NCBI GenBank assembly: GCA_035084275.1
Contig: JAYJKW010000344.1
Coordinates: 248,001-312,000 of the forward strand
Direction: 5' to 3'
Length of the DNA stretch: 64,000 nt
Source of the DNA: Hydrolagus colliei
Lineage: Eukaryota
Below, in pieces: positions 1-13,034 of the stretch (positions within the stretch are counted from its first letter, which is position 1; each line of letters opens with the position of its first letter). The notes under the pieces were generated by a model. That model was given only the letters and a program-made list of their open reading frames with translations. It had not been told where the DNA came from and made no database searches. Made by a program: the position numbers and the translations under genes.

Positions 1-369
1 TGGGAAAAGCTGATTTGTGGAAGAGTTTGTGCAAAAGGAAGATCTCCAAACAGTAATACACAAATTGTCTGAACGAATCGAATTACTCTACATACTTTGC
101 GACAGTCAGTGCAGAAGGGGAGAATATGTTGATGGCATCCAAGGAACACAGATACTAAGTTCTCAAAACATGCCAGCAAAACAACAGCAACAACAAAAAA
201 ATGCATTCATGCAGCGTCCTTCACATAGTATAGCTTTGTATAGCTTTCGACAGTCAGACACCGAGTCAGCAGGATGGGAGAAGCAATGGAGCTGGGGAGT
301 CCAGTGAGAAGGACATGAGAATGGTCCAGCTACAATGTGACGATTGCGTCCATGAGGATTTCGAAGGTT

Positions 370-700
370 GTGGGTGGGAGGTAGGTATGGTGGTGGGCAA
401 TTTAACGGTGGAGGTGGGAAAGAGTGTTTCTGTTCAACGAATAGATGTGGAATAGACTGTAATGCTGCTCTTCGAAATGGATGCCTAAGTTGCGTTTGGT
501 GATTCTGAGGGCGAGCCCAGGGAAGTTGAGGTTTTGAAACCCACAGGAGAGGAATTGTTGATCGGAGCCAAAGAGTATGGCTTTCGTTCTGCTGACATTC
601 ACCTTTTGAAAATTTGTCAAATTAGTTGAAAGAACATCAGTGAAGATGGATTCACAACCTGGTTTCATCCACATATATGTGAATGTTAACCTCATGTCTA
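370..700 (-). mobile_element. L2-type LINE RT C-terminal remnant
   Basis: Minus ORF 402..695 contains NVSRTKAILFGS...KRNLGIHFEEQ, resembling the L2 motif LNxSKTEAILFG...VRNLGVxFD; degraded. Confidence 0.55.
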
Positions 701-1599
701 CAAATTAAAATGTCGGCAGGAAGCATCTCGACATCAAACAGAGCAACATTCCATGCTATGAGACATTCAATATTTGAAAGAGAACTGATGTTGGTTTTTC
801 AATTGATCTATGGATAAAATAATCATGTAATACTCTACCTCCTTGATACCACAGCCCTTCAGTGCTGAACCAAGTGGTATCTCAGTCCTGTAGGGCAATG
901 CAGGTGAGAGAACAACCAGCCTGTCTTATTTTTACAATTGCAGGGGACATTTATGCTAGGATTTTTTTCAATTAGCTCCAGTAGATTCTGAAAACAAAAG
1001 CCTTGGCCCTTGTAATATTACCAGCTGGACAAATAGTTGAAAGATAATTAAAATTATAGCTTAATTGGGGAGCTGATTTGGGAGAAGAGGTGCGTCCGAC
1101 AGACGCAGACAAATCTAACCCTCTCACAAACAAACTTAAACAACACGACACAAACTGATCACTGCCAAAACTACCCGCGTCTCCTCTAGACTCAAACATA
1201 AGCCTCCACATACACAAACAAACCTACACCGCACGCACAAACGTAACCCCCCCACACATTCATATACAAATCTTCCTACCAACACAAACAACCTACCCGT
1301 CCACACACAAACCCATCCCCTACCAGCTACTCAAACACAACCCACATGAAACACGGGTATGTGGGGGAACCGCACAGGTTCTGACAGCGTTGTCTGGAAC
1401 AGGCAATGCACGTATTTAAAGTTAGTATCCCAATAGTGTTGAAACACATACGCATATCTATTGTGACTGATTGACTGCTTTTCCTTTGTCAACGTTTTAC
1501 AAATTTTGCAGTGACGGAATATTGTTTTAAACAAAGTTACTGATTCAACATGTAGAGAGATGGTAATTGCATTCTCCGTACTTGGATGTTCAAAATACT

Positions 1600-1870
1600 T
1601 AAATAATAATACTTGTATTTTGACACAGCGCTTTTCAATTGTTTTAGACGTATCAACTCGCTTCATTGGTTACACTGCAAAGCGAATTGACTGTATATTT
1701 GTGGGAGAAACGCAGAAGGCAAATGTGCACATCGGGGTCTCACCATCAGTCGTAGATTGAAATAACCAATTTATTATTAATTTTTCTAAGGGAATATCAT
1801 TTCGATTTTGATCAAGAACAACACCATAGACCTCTTAGAATTATGAAAGCCTATGCTACAAAGAGAGGAA
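1600..1870 (-). mobile_element. tRNA-derived SINE, 3' part
   Basis: Reverse complement reads tttctcccacaaatatacagtcaattcgctt...gaaaagcgctgtgtcaaaatacaagtattattatt, the same body and L2-like tail as the other SINE copies in the window. Confidence 0.6.
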
Positions 1871-2059
1871 GGAGAAATGGTGAATGGCTTCTATTTGCTG
1901 ACTGAAGGGAAGTACAGAATGGAGTCTACAATCTATCGGTATTTCGAACTCCTCTCCTTATAATACGCAACTGACGTAAATAGAAGGAATTCGATATACC
2001 TGTTTTCGGTTGACCCAAATCTAAGGAAAGTTGTACATTTATCACAGGAGATTGGACGC

Positions 2060-2530
2060 GGACATTCCAAGTTGATGAAGTGTGTAGACCATGGCAGATT
2101 AAATGTAGTATGGAAAATGCAAAGTGGTTCATTTTGGCAGGATATACAAGGATTGTAAATATACATCTGATGGTACAATCAAAAAGGGGATTCTACAACA
2201 AAAATAGACTTCGGGATCCATCTGAGCGAATCTTTGCCTGTGGATCAACCGGAAAAACATTTAGCAAAACATCATTTGTGGGGAAGTTACTGCAGTCTGA
2301 AACATACACAGGCTTCTGGTAGGGCGATGTCACAAACTCACCAGAATGGTAACAGAGGGAAAAAAAACATTAGAATAACAAGATGTATAAACCTAGTCTC
2401 TATTCCATTGAGAGTACAGGGTTGATGTTTCATCCGATTCAGATTTTAAGACTAAAGTGATTTGTTAGAGTAGATACAGTTAATCTACTTCCTCTTGTTG
2501 GTGAATGCATAGACAGGGGACGTAACCTAA
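2060..2530 (+). mobile_element. CR1 LINE RT/3' fragment, degraded
   Basis: ccatggcagattaaatgtagtatggaaaatgcaaagtggttcattttggc resembles the WQMxFNxxKCxVxHFG block of the intact CR1 at 21.7 kb. Confidence 0.5.
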
Positions 2531-3795
2531 GCACGGTCATTTTAAGGACATTTAAAGTGTGAAATTTGCTGGCAGGTATGCATCTTTAGTTACAGCGCAT
2601 CAGTATCCATCTCGCTCGAAAGCCCCTGGATGATGAATCCGTTCATATCTTCAGGAACGACGCGAGCAAAGAATGTGTTAGGTCAGTATTAATTGAAACT
2701 GGGCATTGTAGTTCACTGTACGAGGTACAGGTCAACTATGAACTTATATAATGGAAAACAGGATATGATGGCAGATTGCTTGGGTTTCCCTTCTGGGCTT
2801 AAACCACACCAGTTCTAGCGATGATCCAATGACTTCCCATAAGTGAACGGGTCGATTTAGAGGTAATCAAACTGGTTTCCATGTTTCTTCATGCCTTTGC
2901 ATTTGGCCAGCTATCCGACTTGCTAACATCCCAGGCTTCAATCCACTTCCTCCCCTCTGTTGGCTTAGTGTTTCCGCTTGTCGTTGTGCCCCCATTTCAA
3001 TGGTGGCCACGTTTTTACTGCATACGACCAAAATGTCCAGGACATTAATCCTCCATCCCTATTACTTTTCATACCCATCCAAGACTTCATGTCATGTTTC
3101 AAGAGCTTCCTATTCAATAGTTTCTAAGTTGGCATCCCATTAGCCACGCCACGACGCCATCCACCACCACTGTCCAGCTATCTGGAATGCTACACGTTGT
3201 GTGGGGTGCCCTATAATTAAGATTAGTTGTTTTAGATGTCATGTTAAATGGCGACAATGCATGTTGAGCCCAATATCGAACCTGCGAGTTGTCCTCCTTT
3301 GGCTACCCATCCCACTGTGGATTGAAGTCCCCACCCTGTGCTTCTTGAACCTCATCCAGAAATCCAACTGTCTACCCACAAACATGACCATCCCGCCTCG
3401 ATTACCACACATAACCCAACACACCATGTAGCTCACAACCATTAGCGATACACTATATTCGGGTGATTCCCACAGTTGATTATGACTCACAGCTGGGTTT
3501 TACCTTATCCAATTCTGCCTGAAAACGTATCTCTTTGTCTGTGCCAAGACCATCTTCCACACCTTGTTTAAATCCAACCCTCATCTCGGTATTGTCAGTA
3601 TTTTTGTTGTTAAGCGTTGTTTTATAGTCTTTCCTCCAAAATGTAAATTTATTAAATCAATGTAAATGTGTGCTAACGGTGACAATGTTTTGGTAAATGA
3701 ATTTTGTAAACTCACTTTCACATCCTTGAGCCGTCTCGTTGTTCATTGGTTGGCGGCCTACATTCCAAGTAAGAGATCTCGTTTTGATTTCATCC
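2325..3795. repeat. Left arm of a large diverged inverted repeat
   Basis: Reverse complement of 5095..6545; e.g. 2745-2880 matches the reverse complement of 6000-6140 almost base for base. Confidence 0.9.
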
Positions 3796-3929
3796 AGGGC
3801 TAAACCTTGGTTAAGTAATTCTACAAGTCTGATAATACTCCCTCACGAAAAAAGATGAGAAGCAATAAAGTATAGCATTACCTTGGGAAGGAAAACCAGT
3901 TTGGAGAAGGTTCAGGAAGACAGGTTGGA

Positions 3930-4250
3930 AAACAAACACAACAAAATTACATCGATGGAGCGCCTTCGATCGGGAGAATGTCCGAAGGCGCTGAACAGGT
4001 ATGTCTGGACCTGAGCGGGCATGGTGGTGGAGGGTCGTACTACCGGCAGCGGGAAGGAGAGTACAAAGGGGGGAGGGTTAGGAGGGCAGCAGAAGGCGCG
4101 GTCGACAAGGAAGTTCATAAGACCGGCCTCGAAGGAGGAAAGGAAGGATTTGAGGTGAAAGGATTGCGGCATATATTTCCACAGTGTAGATCTATTTTAT
4201 TCAGTGGAGTCAAAAGTTCCGGACTGGAGACTAGAAGAGGATAAACTTAT
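3930..4250 (-). mobile_element. L2 LINE 3' end fragment
   Basis: L2 tail hairpin (agcgcctt...aaggcgct) plus LxxxLKxFLxDxAF-type end of ORF2 on the minus strand. Confidence 0.7.
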
Positions 4251-4569
4251 GTTTGCACAGAGAAGTGTTCAGTCCTGGGACGACCTGAAATAAGGATGGC
4301 AGCAGATTCTATAATAGCTTCAATAAAGGAATCGGATTGGAAAAAAATAAAAAGGAAAGAAAAAAGCTGGTCTGCGGGGAATGGGTGTGGGAATTCGACA
4401 AGTTGGTACGATTTTCAAAGGGGAATGTTGGACGTTGGGACTCCACAAAACTGCAAAATTCTATTTTATATTCGAAAGTTGGATAAAGAAGCGTGTCAAA
4501 TAACCAAACTTGGAATCTTGTTTGGCCCATTTCCCCCACACCAGGCTCCTCGACCACATCACATCAAAC

Positions 4570-5045
4570 TTCACTAGGCTCCATTAGACCCCTTTCCCAC
4601 AGAGAATCGATTTCAGGATCCTCGTCCTCAACTTCAAGTTGTCCCCCGCATGTCCCACGCCCTTAACCCTCCTACCTCTCCGACCAGCTGTCTGCTTATC
4701 AAACTCTCCGCTCCCTGCGATCAACGGGCTCCGGCCTTCTCCATGTCAACTGCACGAACCGCCCTTCAACACAACGCCCTTCAACACACGTTGAAGTTGA
4801 AGTTGAGTTCAAACGTGTGTAACTCCACCGCCCAGTCCTTTTGCCACTCCCTCCATCGCCTCCTCTTCGTCCGTGCCTTCCGCTGCCCTCTTCACTCTTT
4901 CCCTCCACTCCTAACTGCCTTACGCCACTTCCCTCTTCTCTGCAGCTCTCCCTTTCTGGAGTGTCGTCCTGAATGCTCAGCGCCTTGGGACGTCTTCGCA
5001 ATGCGAAAGGCGCTGTATAAATGTAATGCTGTTTTTGTTATTAAT
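4570..5045 (+). mobile_element. L2 LINE 3' end fragment
   Basis: Ends gcgccttgggacgtcttcgcaatgcgaaaggcgctgtataaatgtaatgctgtttttgtt, the L2 tail shared with 28.3-29.1 kb. Confidence 0.75.
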
Positions 5046-5094
5046 GTATCTTCCTTTACCACCAGGCCTTCATACAATGAATAAAATAGATCCA

Positions 5095-6545
5095 TAATGG
5101 GGATCAAACGCAGATCTATTGGTTGGAAGGCAAGCCGTCAACCACTGAACTAAGAGACGGCTCAAGGATGTGAAAACGAGTTTCAAAAATTCATCTAACA
5201 AAACGTTTTCACCGTTAATAAAAATTTAGATTAATTTAACACATTTAGGTTTTGGGGGAAGGTCAAGATTTAAAAAAAAGGCTTAACAACAAAAGTGCTG
5301 ACAATACCGAGATGAGGGTTGGATTTAAAAAAGGTGTGAAACATGGTTGACAAAGAGATACGTTTTAAGGCAGAATTGGATAAGGTAAACCAAGGTGTGA
5401 GTCACAATCAACTGTGGGAATCATCTAGATAGAGTGTGTTGCTAATGGTTGAGAGCTGTATGGTGTGTTGGTTTACGTGTGGTGATCGAGGCGGGATGGT
5501 CATGTTTGAGGATAGGCAGTTGGATTTCTGGATGAGGTAGAAGAAGGGTGGAGAGTTCAATCCACAGTGGGATGGGTAGCCAAAGGAGGTCAACTCGCAG
5601 GTTCGATACTGAGCTCAACATGCATTGTCGCCATTTAACATGACACATATAACAACTAATCTTAATTATGTGGCACCCCACACACCGTGTAGCATACCAG
5701 AGGGCTGAACAGTAGTGGTGGATGGAGTCAACGCGTGGCTAATGGGATGCCAACATAGAAACCATTGAATAGGAAGCTCTTCAAACATGACATGAAGTCG
5801 TGGATGGGCACGAAAACGAATAGGGATGGGAGTGAATGTTCTGGACATTCTGGTCGTATGCACTAAAAACGTGGCCACCATTGAAATGGGGGCACAACGA
5901 CAAGCGGAAAGACAGAGCCAACAGAGCGGCGGATGTGGATTGAACCCTGGGCTGTTAGCAAGTCGGATAGCTGGCAAAATGCAAAGGCATGAAGAAATTT
6001 GGAAACAAGTTTGATTACCTCTAAATTGACCCATTCACTTATGGGAAGTAATTGGATCATCGCTGGAACTGGTGTGGTTTAAGCCCAGAAGGGAAACCCA
6101 AGCAATCTGCCATCATATCCTGTTTTCCATTATATAAGTTCATAGTTGATCTTTACCTCGTATAGTGAACCACAATGCCCAGTTTCAATTAATACCCTTC
6201 CCTAACACATCCTTTGCTCGCCTCGTTCCTGAAGATGTGAATGGATTAATCATCGATGGGCTTTCGTGCCAGAGAGATGCAGGTGTGCAGTAACGAAAGA
6301 TGAATACTGCCAGCTAATTTCACACTTTAAATCACCTTAAACTGTCCACTATCTTTGATTCCCCAGCAATTGGAAATAGATTAACTGTATTTGCTCTATC
6401 AAATCACTACATTCTTAAAATCCCAATCAGGTGATTCATCAACATTGTTATCTCAAGTGAATGGAAATTAGATTTATATATGTTATCATAATGAATTATT
6501 TTTTTGCCATGTTATCATTTTGGAGAGTTTGTGAAATTCCCCCAC
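5095..6545. repeat. Right arm of a large diverged inverted repeat
   Basis: Colinear reverse-complement match to 2325..3795 along the whole length; mirrored ORFs 3201..3431(+) and 5442..5681(-). Confidence 0.9.
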
Positions 6546-6589
6546 AAGACGTTTATTGATCCACCCTGTTTTGCGATGACTGAGACTAA

Positions 6590-7055
6590 ATTATATCCCA
6601 GGTTAATTTCTGGGATGAGGGGACTGACCTATGAGGATCGGTTAAATAATCTAGGGCTGTACTCTCTGGATTATAGAAGAATTAGGGAGGATCATATTGA
6701 AACATATAACATTCTTAAAGGGCTATATAACGTAGGCAATGATGGACTGTTTCCCCTGTTAGGAGAATCTTTTAGAAGAGGTCACAGTCTTAAAATTAAG
6801 GGTCAGCCTTTTAGAACAGAGTTGAGGAAAGTTTACTTCACTCAGAGAGTAGTGTATTTATGGAAGACACTATCCCAGAAGGTTGCAGATGCACAGTCCT
6901 TGAACATTTTCATGGCTGAGACTCATAGCATTTTGATAAATAGAGGGATTAGGGGATATGGGGATAGGGCAGGTAACTAGAGTTAGAGTAAGATCAGCCA
7001 TGATCTTATTGAATGGCGGAGCAGGCTCGAAGGGCCGAATGGCCTACTCCTGCTC
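6590..7055 (+). mobile_element. CR1 LINE 3' fragment
   Basis: ORF 6504..6980: GLTYEDRLNNLGLYSLDYRRIRED...GHSLKIKGQPFRTELRKVYFTQRVV; tail gggccgaatggcctactcctgctcc. Confidence 0.9.
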
Positions 7056-8002
7056 CTAATTCTTATCTTCGCAGATTGTTATTTTCTTACCCACCGTCTT
7101 GAAGTGTTACGTTAATGTTAATCGTTTCAATTTTAGTCAAAACAAACGATACTGATAATAATATTAATTCTTAGGGTTATCCTGATTGTTTTGAAACCTG
7201 AATTTCAACTGAATTGTACAAACTATAGATGTAGATTAGAAGAAATTGTATCTAAAGCTACAACAATAATCTGATCAATATTTTGATCCGTGTGTCATGA
7301 TTCCGCTGTAATTTGAGACAACTGTTGGAACGTGGAGAAGTCTATATTGCAATAGTGAGGGGAATGGTAATGATTGGAATAACTTATATATCCAGCAGAA
7401 ATGCAATATATTAGCAGAAACGGAAGAGGTGAACTTTAGTGAAGCTAAGTGGAACTCATCGAGTTGGGTAGAAAAGACGAGGAAATTGTATTGATTGGCA
7501 TTATGTAAGGATGTGCAGACTATCAAAGGAATTTACGAGCTGGTGGTGCCTAACCAAAATAACAACAATAAAAACAGCACCATAAGTTTCTGGAGCGCCT
7601 TTCAGGTCGACAGATTAACCAAATGCTTCAGGCATTGTACCCTTCTTAGAATTGAGTGAAAAAAGTGTTTATGCAAAAAAGTAACCTTTGGTGATTTGAT
7701 AGTTAGACGCAGAGAGAAGAAAAGTCAACCAGCAATCCCACATTTGTGCAATTCATTCTTAATATTCCAAATGGAGCACGGTGTTCAGATAAGGACATCA
7801 TATCATGAAAGGCAGTAAGGTAATGGAATCAATGATGAGAAGATGTACACAATGATATTAGGCATTCGGGCCAATTTAATCTCTGTACTGTTGGGGTTAC
7901 CGGTTGTATGGTTGACATTCTACTTAACGAATGGACGAACATTCTAGCAGTTGAGATAGAACAAAACAGAATGTGTGATTGAGCTCATGGTAGCTTAGTT
8001 GG

Positions 8003-8375
8003 ATTCCTGAAACTCAGCGGCGAGAGCACACGCCTGACAAGCATGAGATCTGTACTTGATTCCGGGCAGGTCAGGGCGAAACCGTGGGAAAGTTTCCTTA
8101 TTCTACACGCCTAAAAATAATCCTTCAAAACAAGAATTAAACCAAAGAAACTGGTCACTTTTGATCCACGACTGTTTGTGGGACATTGCTGCGCACAACT
8201 GGCTGCCGCGTTTCCCCCGCAAATTAACCAATTCACGTTACATTATATTCTGTGAAGCTGTTCGAGACGTCGATAACATGTGAAAAGCGCTGTAGCAAAT
8301 GCAAAGTTTATTATTATGATTATTAGTAGTAGTAGAAGCAGTTTTATTATTATTATTATAATTATTATTAAAAAG
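8003..8375 (+). mobile_element. tRNA-derived SINE (tRNA-like head, central body, L2-like tail)
   Basis: A/B-box-like head, body ccacgactgtttgtgggacattgctgcgcacaactggctgccgcg, tail tgaaaagcgctgtagcaaatgcaa(att)n. Confidence 0.8.
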
Positions 8376-8719
8376 CTGTAATGTTTGCATTGAGAGCAAC
8401 ATTTGCCAAGCTTCCACCTGACAGCCTTTGTAGAAACATTCGACATTTAAAGGTTCTCTGTCGTTCGGTGATTATGAACCTAAGTATAGGAAGCAGTTCT
8501 ATCTCTGGTGACAGGTGTACTGATCTTTTAGTGTGATGTCAGCTGTGTCCTATAGCACCGTTAGCCTCCCAGGCTGAGGAACTGGATATCCAACTCCAGC
8601 ACAGAGTGGAAAACATTCTGTCATTGGGTTTCCAGCACAACACCGCAGGCAGGTGAACTTGAAAGAGGCCCCGGACACGCCTCACCACTGGCTGAACTCA
8701 CTTGTCGGTCAGAGAATAC

Positions 8720-8935
8720 TCAACAAGCATGTTCAGCACTCACTGGGTGGAGGAATGAGTGTAGGAAAGGGAGGGAGTTAGGATGGCAGCAGAAGGCACG
8801 GTCGAAGAGGAAGTTCTTGAAACCGTCATTGAGGGAGGAAAGGGAGGAAGGGAGTTAAAGCGATTGGCCGATGGAGTTCCAGAGAGTGGGTGCAGAGAGG
8901 TTGATATTGTTGGGCGGTTATGGCGGGAGAAATGG
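8720..8935 (-). mobile_element. L2 LINE 3' fragment
   Basis: Similar to 3990-4150 (ggcagcagaaggcacggtcgaagaggaag...). Confidence 0.65.
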
Positions 8936-9811
8936 AGCATGCCAGAATTCGCTGAAAAGAAAATAGTCAATTCACTATTATTGTTTTGTAGAAGGGAATA
9001 TTATCTGGCAGGTGGTGTAAAGAAACTTGCCCAAGATTTTTCCCTGCCTGTTACCAATCCCTGATCTCGCGCTTTTAAGGCAACTGCGCTAACCACTGAG
9101 CTACAGGTCTCCAAATGATAACAAATTTGTGCGGCCTAGCACAATAAACAGACACTCTGCTCTACAATACGGTGAACATTGAGACGCCATCCAATTGTGA
9201 ACAGCGTTGTGAGAAATGAAAGGTTGATCATCCTGCCACATGTTCTGACAACTCTATAGGTCCCGCACAGCGGGTCTGTCTGTCACTGTTCTGGCCAATG
9301 TTGGTTTCGCATTCACTGGATGAAAACATTTACATGTGGGGGACGTTGTAACAGTTTGTGAACCAAATTCCAACTCTGTCGGAGTCTCCAAACCATGAAA
9401 TGATAGAAAACGTCATCTCTGGCCATTGTCCCCAGCGGCAATCCTTAAACCGTGATCTCGACTCACAAACAATGTTAAAAATGGCAAATTATTCTGATGC
9501 ATTTAAAAAAAAATGAGGATCGTTTTCATCTGGCTTTTATTCACAAAATGAGAAAAGAGAAAGCTTCCTATATTAGAAAAAAATATCCTGATCAGTATTT
9601 CGATCAGCTTGTCAAGGAGTTAACTTTCACTTCAGAAGTAGGAATGTCTACGTGAAAATAAATTTGGAATTTGCAAAGATGCTATCTGCGTATGTAACCA
9701 GTATGACTTCATTATACTAGCACAACATGCAAACCAGAGGCAGGTGAAGTTGACTGAAACCATAGGTGCGATGATTACTTTTGGCATAGAAGATGAGTGG
9801 AGGCAGAAATA

Positions 9812-10130
9812 TGGAGCTCCTGTAGCTCAGTGGGTAGAGCACACGATTTAGAATCGTCAGACCTGTGTTCGAATGCAGGCAGATCAGGGAGGAGCGCTAG
9901 GCAAGTTAATCCACACAACTAATAATTCTGAGTCCAAAAAATATACAATAATAAAACTTGGTCACTTCTGTCTACGTCTGTTTGTGATGGATACTGCTGT
10001 GCTGAACTGGCTGCCGCTCTTCGCCCACAACTATACAGTCAATTCACTTCACAGTATATTCTATGAAACGCTTTGACACCTTTCTATGATGTGAAAATGC
10101 TAGGTAAAATGCAAGGATTATTAGTATAAT
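9812..10130 (+). mobile_element. tRNA-derived SINE, near full length
   Basis: Head ggagctcctgtagctcagtgggtagagcac...gttcgaatgcaggc, conserved body and tail. Confidence 0.85.
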
Positions 10131-10548
10131 TATGTGCTGACTGGATTTGCAGCACATGAAACTGATCAGAAATCTCATGCCTGTCCATTTTTCCCCAGCC
10201 ACCACCTCAAAACCCTGATCTCAACTAAAAACAAAAGTTACTGACGCCAAACTGTAGGACTCAGAAGCAGGCACACAATGAACACCATACACGAATGATT
10301 TCATTCCAGCTTTGTGTTGTTGATCTCGGCAGTTTAAAATCAACTTATTCCCCCGTGAGCTCCAGTATATCTCCCCCCAAGGTATCAGTGATTGGTTCGA
10401 GAAACGAAACGCTGTTGTTGCTTCAGGTCTTTGCGAAACACAACCTATTGTCAGTGGAGTAATCTCTGTGTTATAAAGACTGGCAGGTTTGAATGCCAGT
10501 CTAAAGTGCTGTTACCGGCACTGGCAGTGTACACGCTGATCATAGACA

Positions 10549-10648
10549 ATGTTACGGGCTTTGGGCGATTACCCACTGCACTGGTTGCCTGTGATTGTTC
10601 AGGCAATGTTAGTTTATTATCCCATTCTAGCAATACTTGGGATAACAG
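10549..10648 (+). CDS. GPCR paralog 1, coding exon 1 (N-terminus and first half of TM1)
   Basis: ATG...MLRALGDYPLHWLPVIVQAMLVYYPILAILGIT+G, then a GT donor at 10649. The phase-1 junction joins in frame to exon 2 (G+CG=Ala, ...GITANLLTIVVL), restoring a complete TM1. Confidence 0.8.
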
Positions 10649-10744
10649 GTAATTATGTGTATATCGTATGTACATGTGTCGCGTTTTATCACACATACGT
10701 GCAAGAAAATCAAGGACTGCAAACAACAATAGAAATATTCTGAA

Positions 10745-11350
10745 ACGAAAAATACTATTGAAGCTGGAAATCTGAAACTGAAACAGGGAGTGCTGGGAAA
10801 ACTCAGCAGTATCTGTGAGAAACGAAATTGAGTCAGACTTTCGCGTCCACGACCCTTCATCAGAACCGTTATGATCTGAAGTGGCTGAATTCGATATTGA
10901 GGCCAGAGTGCTGTACGTTCCCGTGCAGATAGATAAGATATCAGCTCCCCTCCCCCTTTCCCGTCTCTCTGTTACAGAAGATTTATATTTTGTCACCATC
11001 AGAGTCATCGCTCCAGTCACTGTTTGTCGCCCGAGTATGTTGCCTGCCCTTCTCCAGTAACACCTGCCCTCCACAGTCATGTTTCAGCCCACCACTTTTT
11101 GCTTCACACGGTTGTCGCCTCTCCAGCACATACATCAACACAGTTTCTCCTTTATCTACGTTTTCTGTCCTTCCATTATCCTTTTTCTTCCTTGTCCTGC
11201 CTCGCTCTCTCTAAATTGCCCATTACTCTCCCTTCAAATATGGCTCAGTTCTGATGAAGGGTCGTCCAACAAAAATGTTGACTCGGTTTCCTTTCTCTAT
11301 AGATGCTGCCTGAACTGCCGAGATTTCCCAACTCGCTCTGTTTTTTATTT
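10745..11350. mobile_element. Penelope-like element termini inside the GPCR intron (one minus, one plus)
   Basis: tctgatgaagggtcgtccaacaaaaatgttgactc...tagatgctgcctgaactgccgag at 11248-11330 and its reverse-type counterpart at 10780-10870. Confidence 0.6.
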
Positions 11351-12539
11351 GTAGTAATATTCCTCTACTTCCAAATGCGTCCGTGGTTTCTTTAAAATCC
11401 ACGTAAACATATTGACGCTATCAATTTTAGGAAAGTGCGTCATCTAGTTGACGCAACACACTCCATTCCTTCACTGTCGCGTTGACACAGCCAATTTGTT
11501 TCTGAGTCTCCAAGAGGTGATCGAACCCACATCCGTTTGAATCAGAGACGAGCTTCTAAAGAGGATCAGATATTTATTTAGGAAGAACAGGTCTGTTAGG
11601 TTATGGGTAGAGATCTGGGCAGTGCGATTGAGTTGCTCTTTCAAAGAGCAGACACAGACCAGACATGCCGAATGGGCTGATTTTGCGCCACGAGATTCCA
11701 TGATTCTATGAGGCAATAATACTGTGTTGGAATACAACAAATATCTGTGGTGGTTTGATCAACTTGAGTGACTCCAAGCACACCTAAGTGAAATAAGTTC
11801 AGATCGGATCTGCCAACGGTTGAAAGGAAAGACAAGAAGGTAATGAATTTCCAGATATTCCACCTGTAAGTAAAATGGTTGCGATGGGGGCGGGTGTGAT
11901 CGATGCGATGAGAGTAGCTTGTCACTGGGCAGCGAGAGTCTGCTTGAAAATTCCAGGTCTGTGAGTAGGCTGAGAATCAGAGAGCTGTAATATACAGGAC
12001 ACGTGTGTAGGTTGGTTTGATGATAACTGAATAGGTCTGTGCTGTCATGTGTTGGAGGGGAGCATGGCCGTCACTGGGTTTGCGTAAATTCAGCGATTGC
12101 TGGGATTGAAGAACACGTGGAAATGTTTGGAGTGAGGTTGACGTTGTGATTGGAAGAGTTGGGGGCGATCAATGAGAAAAGATATAGCAGATACCGGAAA
12201 TTATTGGTTTCTGATCAGGCGTAGTGTACTTGAATTGCCGTAAATCTGTTTGTTTTGCTCAACGGATGGAAAACAACAACTTTCGATTCGCACATTCAAC
12301 GTCGAAATTGGTGTGATCAATGCGGTGGAGATTAGTTTCATTGAGGTTTTCAACCAACGAAGTCCGTCGCCTATTGTTATGGTAATGCTGCTTGCTTTAA
12401 CATGGAATAGTTAATGTACTTTGAAATAAATAGGGGCGGACATCCCGATGAACGATCCTATCTCAACACAAACAAACGTGTGACATTAGAAGACTCGCAC
12501 AATCCAAATCGTATGCCATCATAAACCTTCCATTTGGTG

Positions 12540-12850
12540 ATAGTGCTTTTGAAATCTTATCAACCCGTGTTCGAATCGTAGCAGATCAGGGTGAATCCTT
12601 GGGCAAGTTTCCTTATTCCATACACAATCTCACACAGACACACCTAATAATATCAGTCCAAAAATAGTGAAACAAAAACACGACTGTTTTTCGGCAAGCT
12701 GCTGTGTGCAATTGCTAGTCCCGTTCCGCTCATAAACAAAAAGTCAATTCACTTCACCGTACATTCTGTAAAGCGCTTTCTGACACAGACGATAAAACGT
12801 GAAAAGCGCTACCTCAAATGAAAGGACTAATATAGTACTGTTATTAGTCT
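12540..12850 (+). mobile_element. tRNA-derived SINE
   Basis: B-box gttcgaatc, cttgggcaagtttcc, conserved body, tail tgaaaagcgctacctcaaatg. Confidence 0.75.
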
Positions 12851-13034
12851 TTGTGACAGATCAGCGTGTTTCATGTCGTGATATGGAAGAGCTCGAAACT
12901 TCTGAATCAGAAGCCAGGGCTCTTTCGCTCTGCCTTGCTCTCCTTTTCAAATTTTCAATCTTATTTGAACCAAATGCCATCAACTCACACAGCTCCGACT
13001 TAAATATGTTTGTTTGTTTTTCATTGTCTTACAG

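Noticed and set aside
17-307. 96-aa ORF at the window start
   Set aside because: No recognisable domain; at most a weak resemblance to CR1 ORF1 debris
1331-1760. CKIC-containing minus ORF suggestive of an integrase zinc finger
   Set aside because: Largely overlaps a minus-strand SINE tail; no HHCC spacing or DDE core
3725-3795. tRNA-Gly(TCC)-like sequence at the inner end of the palindrome arms
   Set aside because: Continues into cagggctaaaccttgg, as in the SINE copies, so it is a degraded SINE head rather than a tRNA gene
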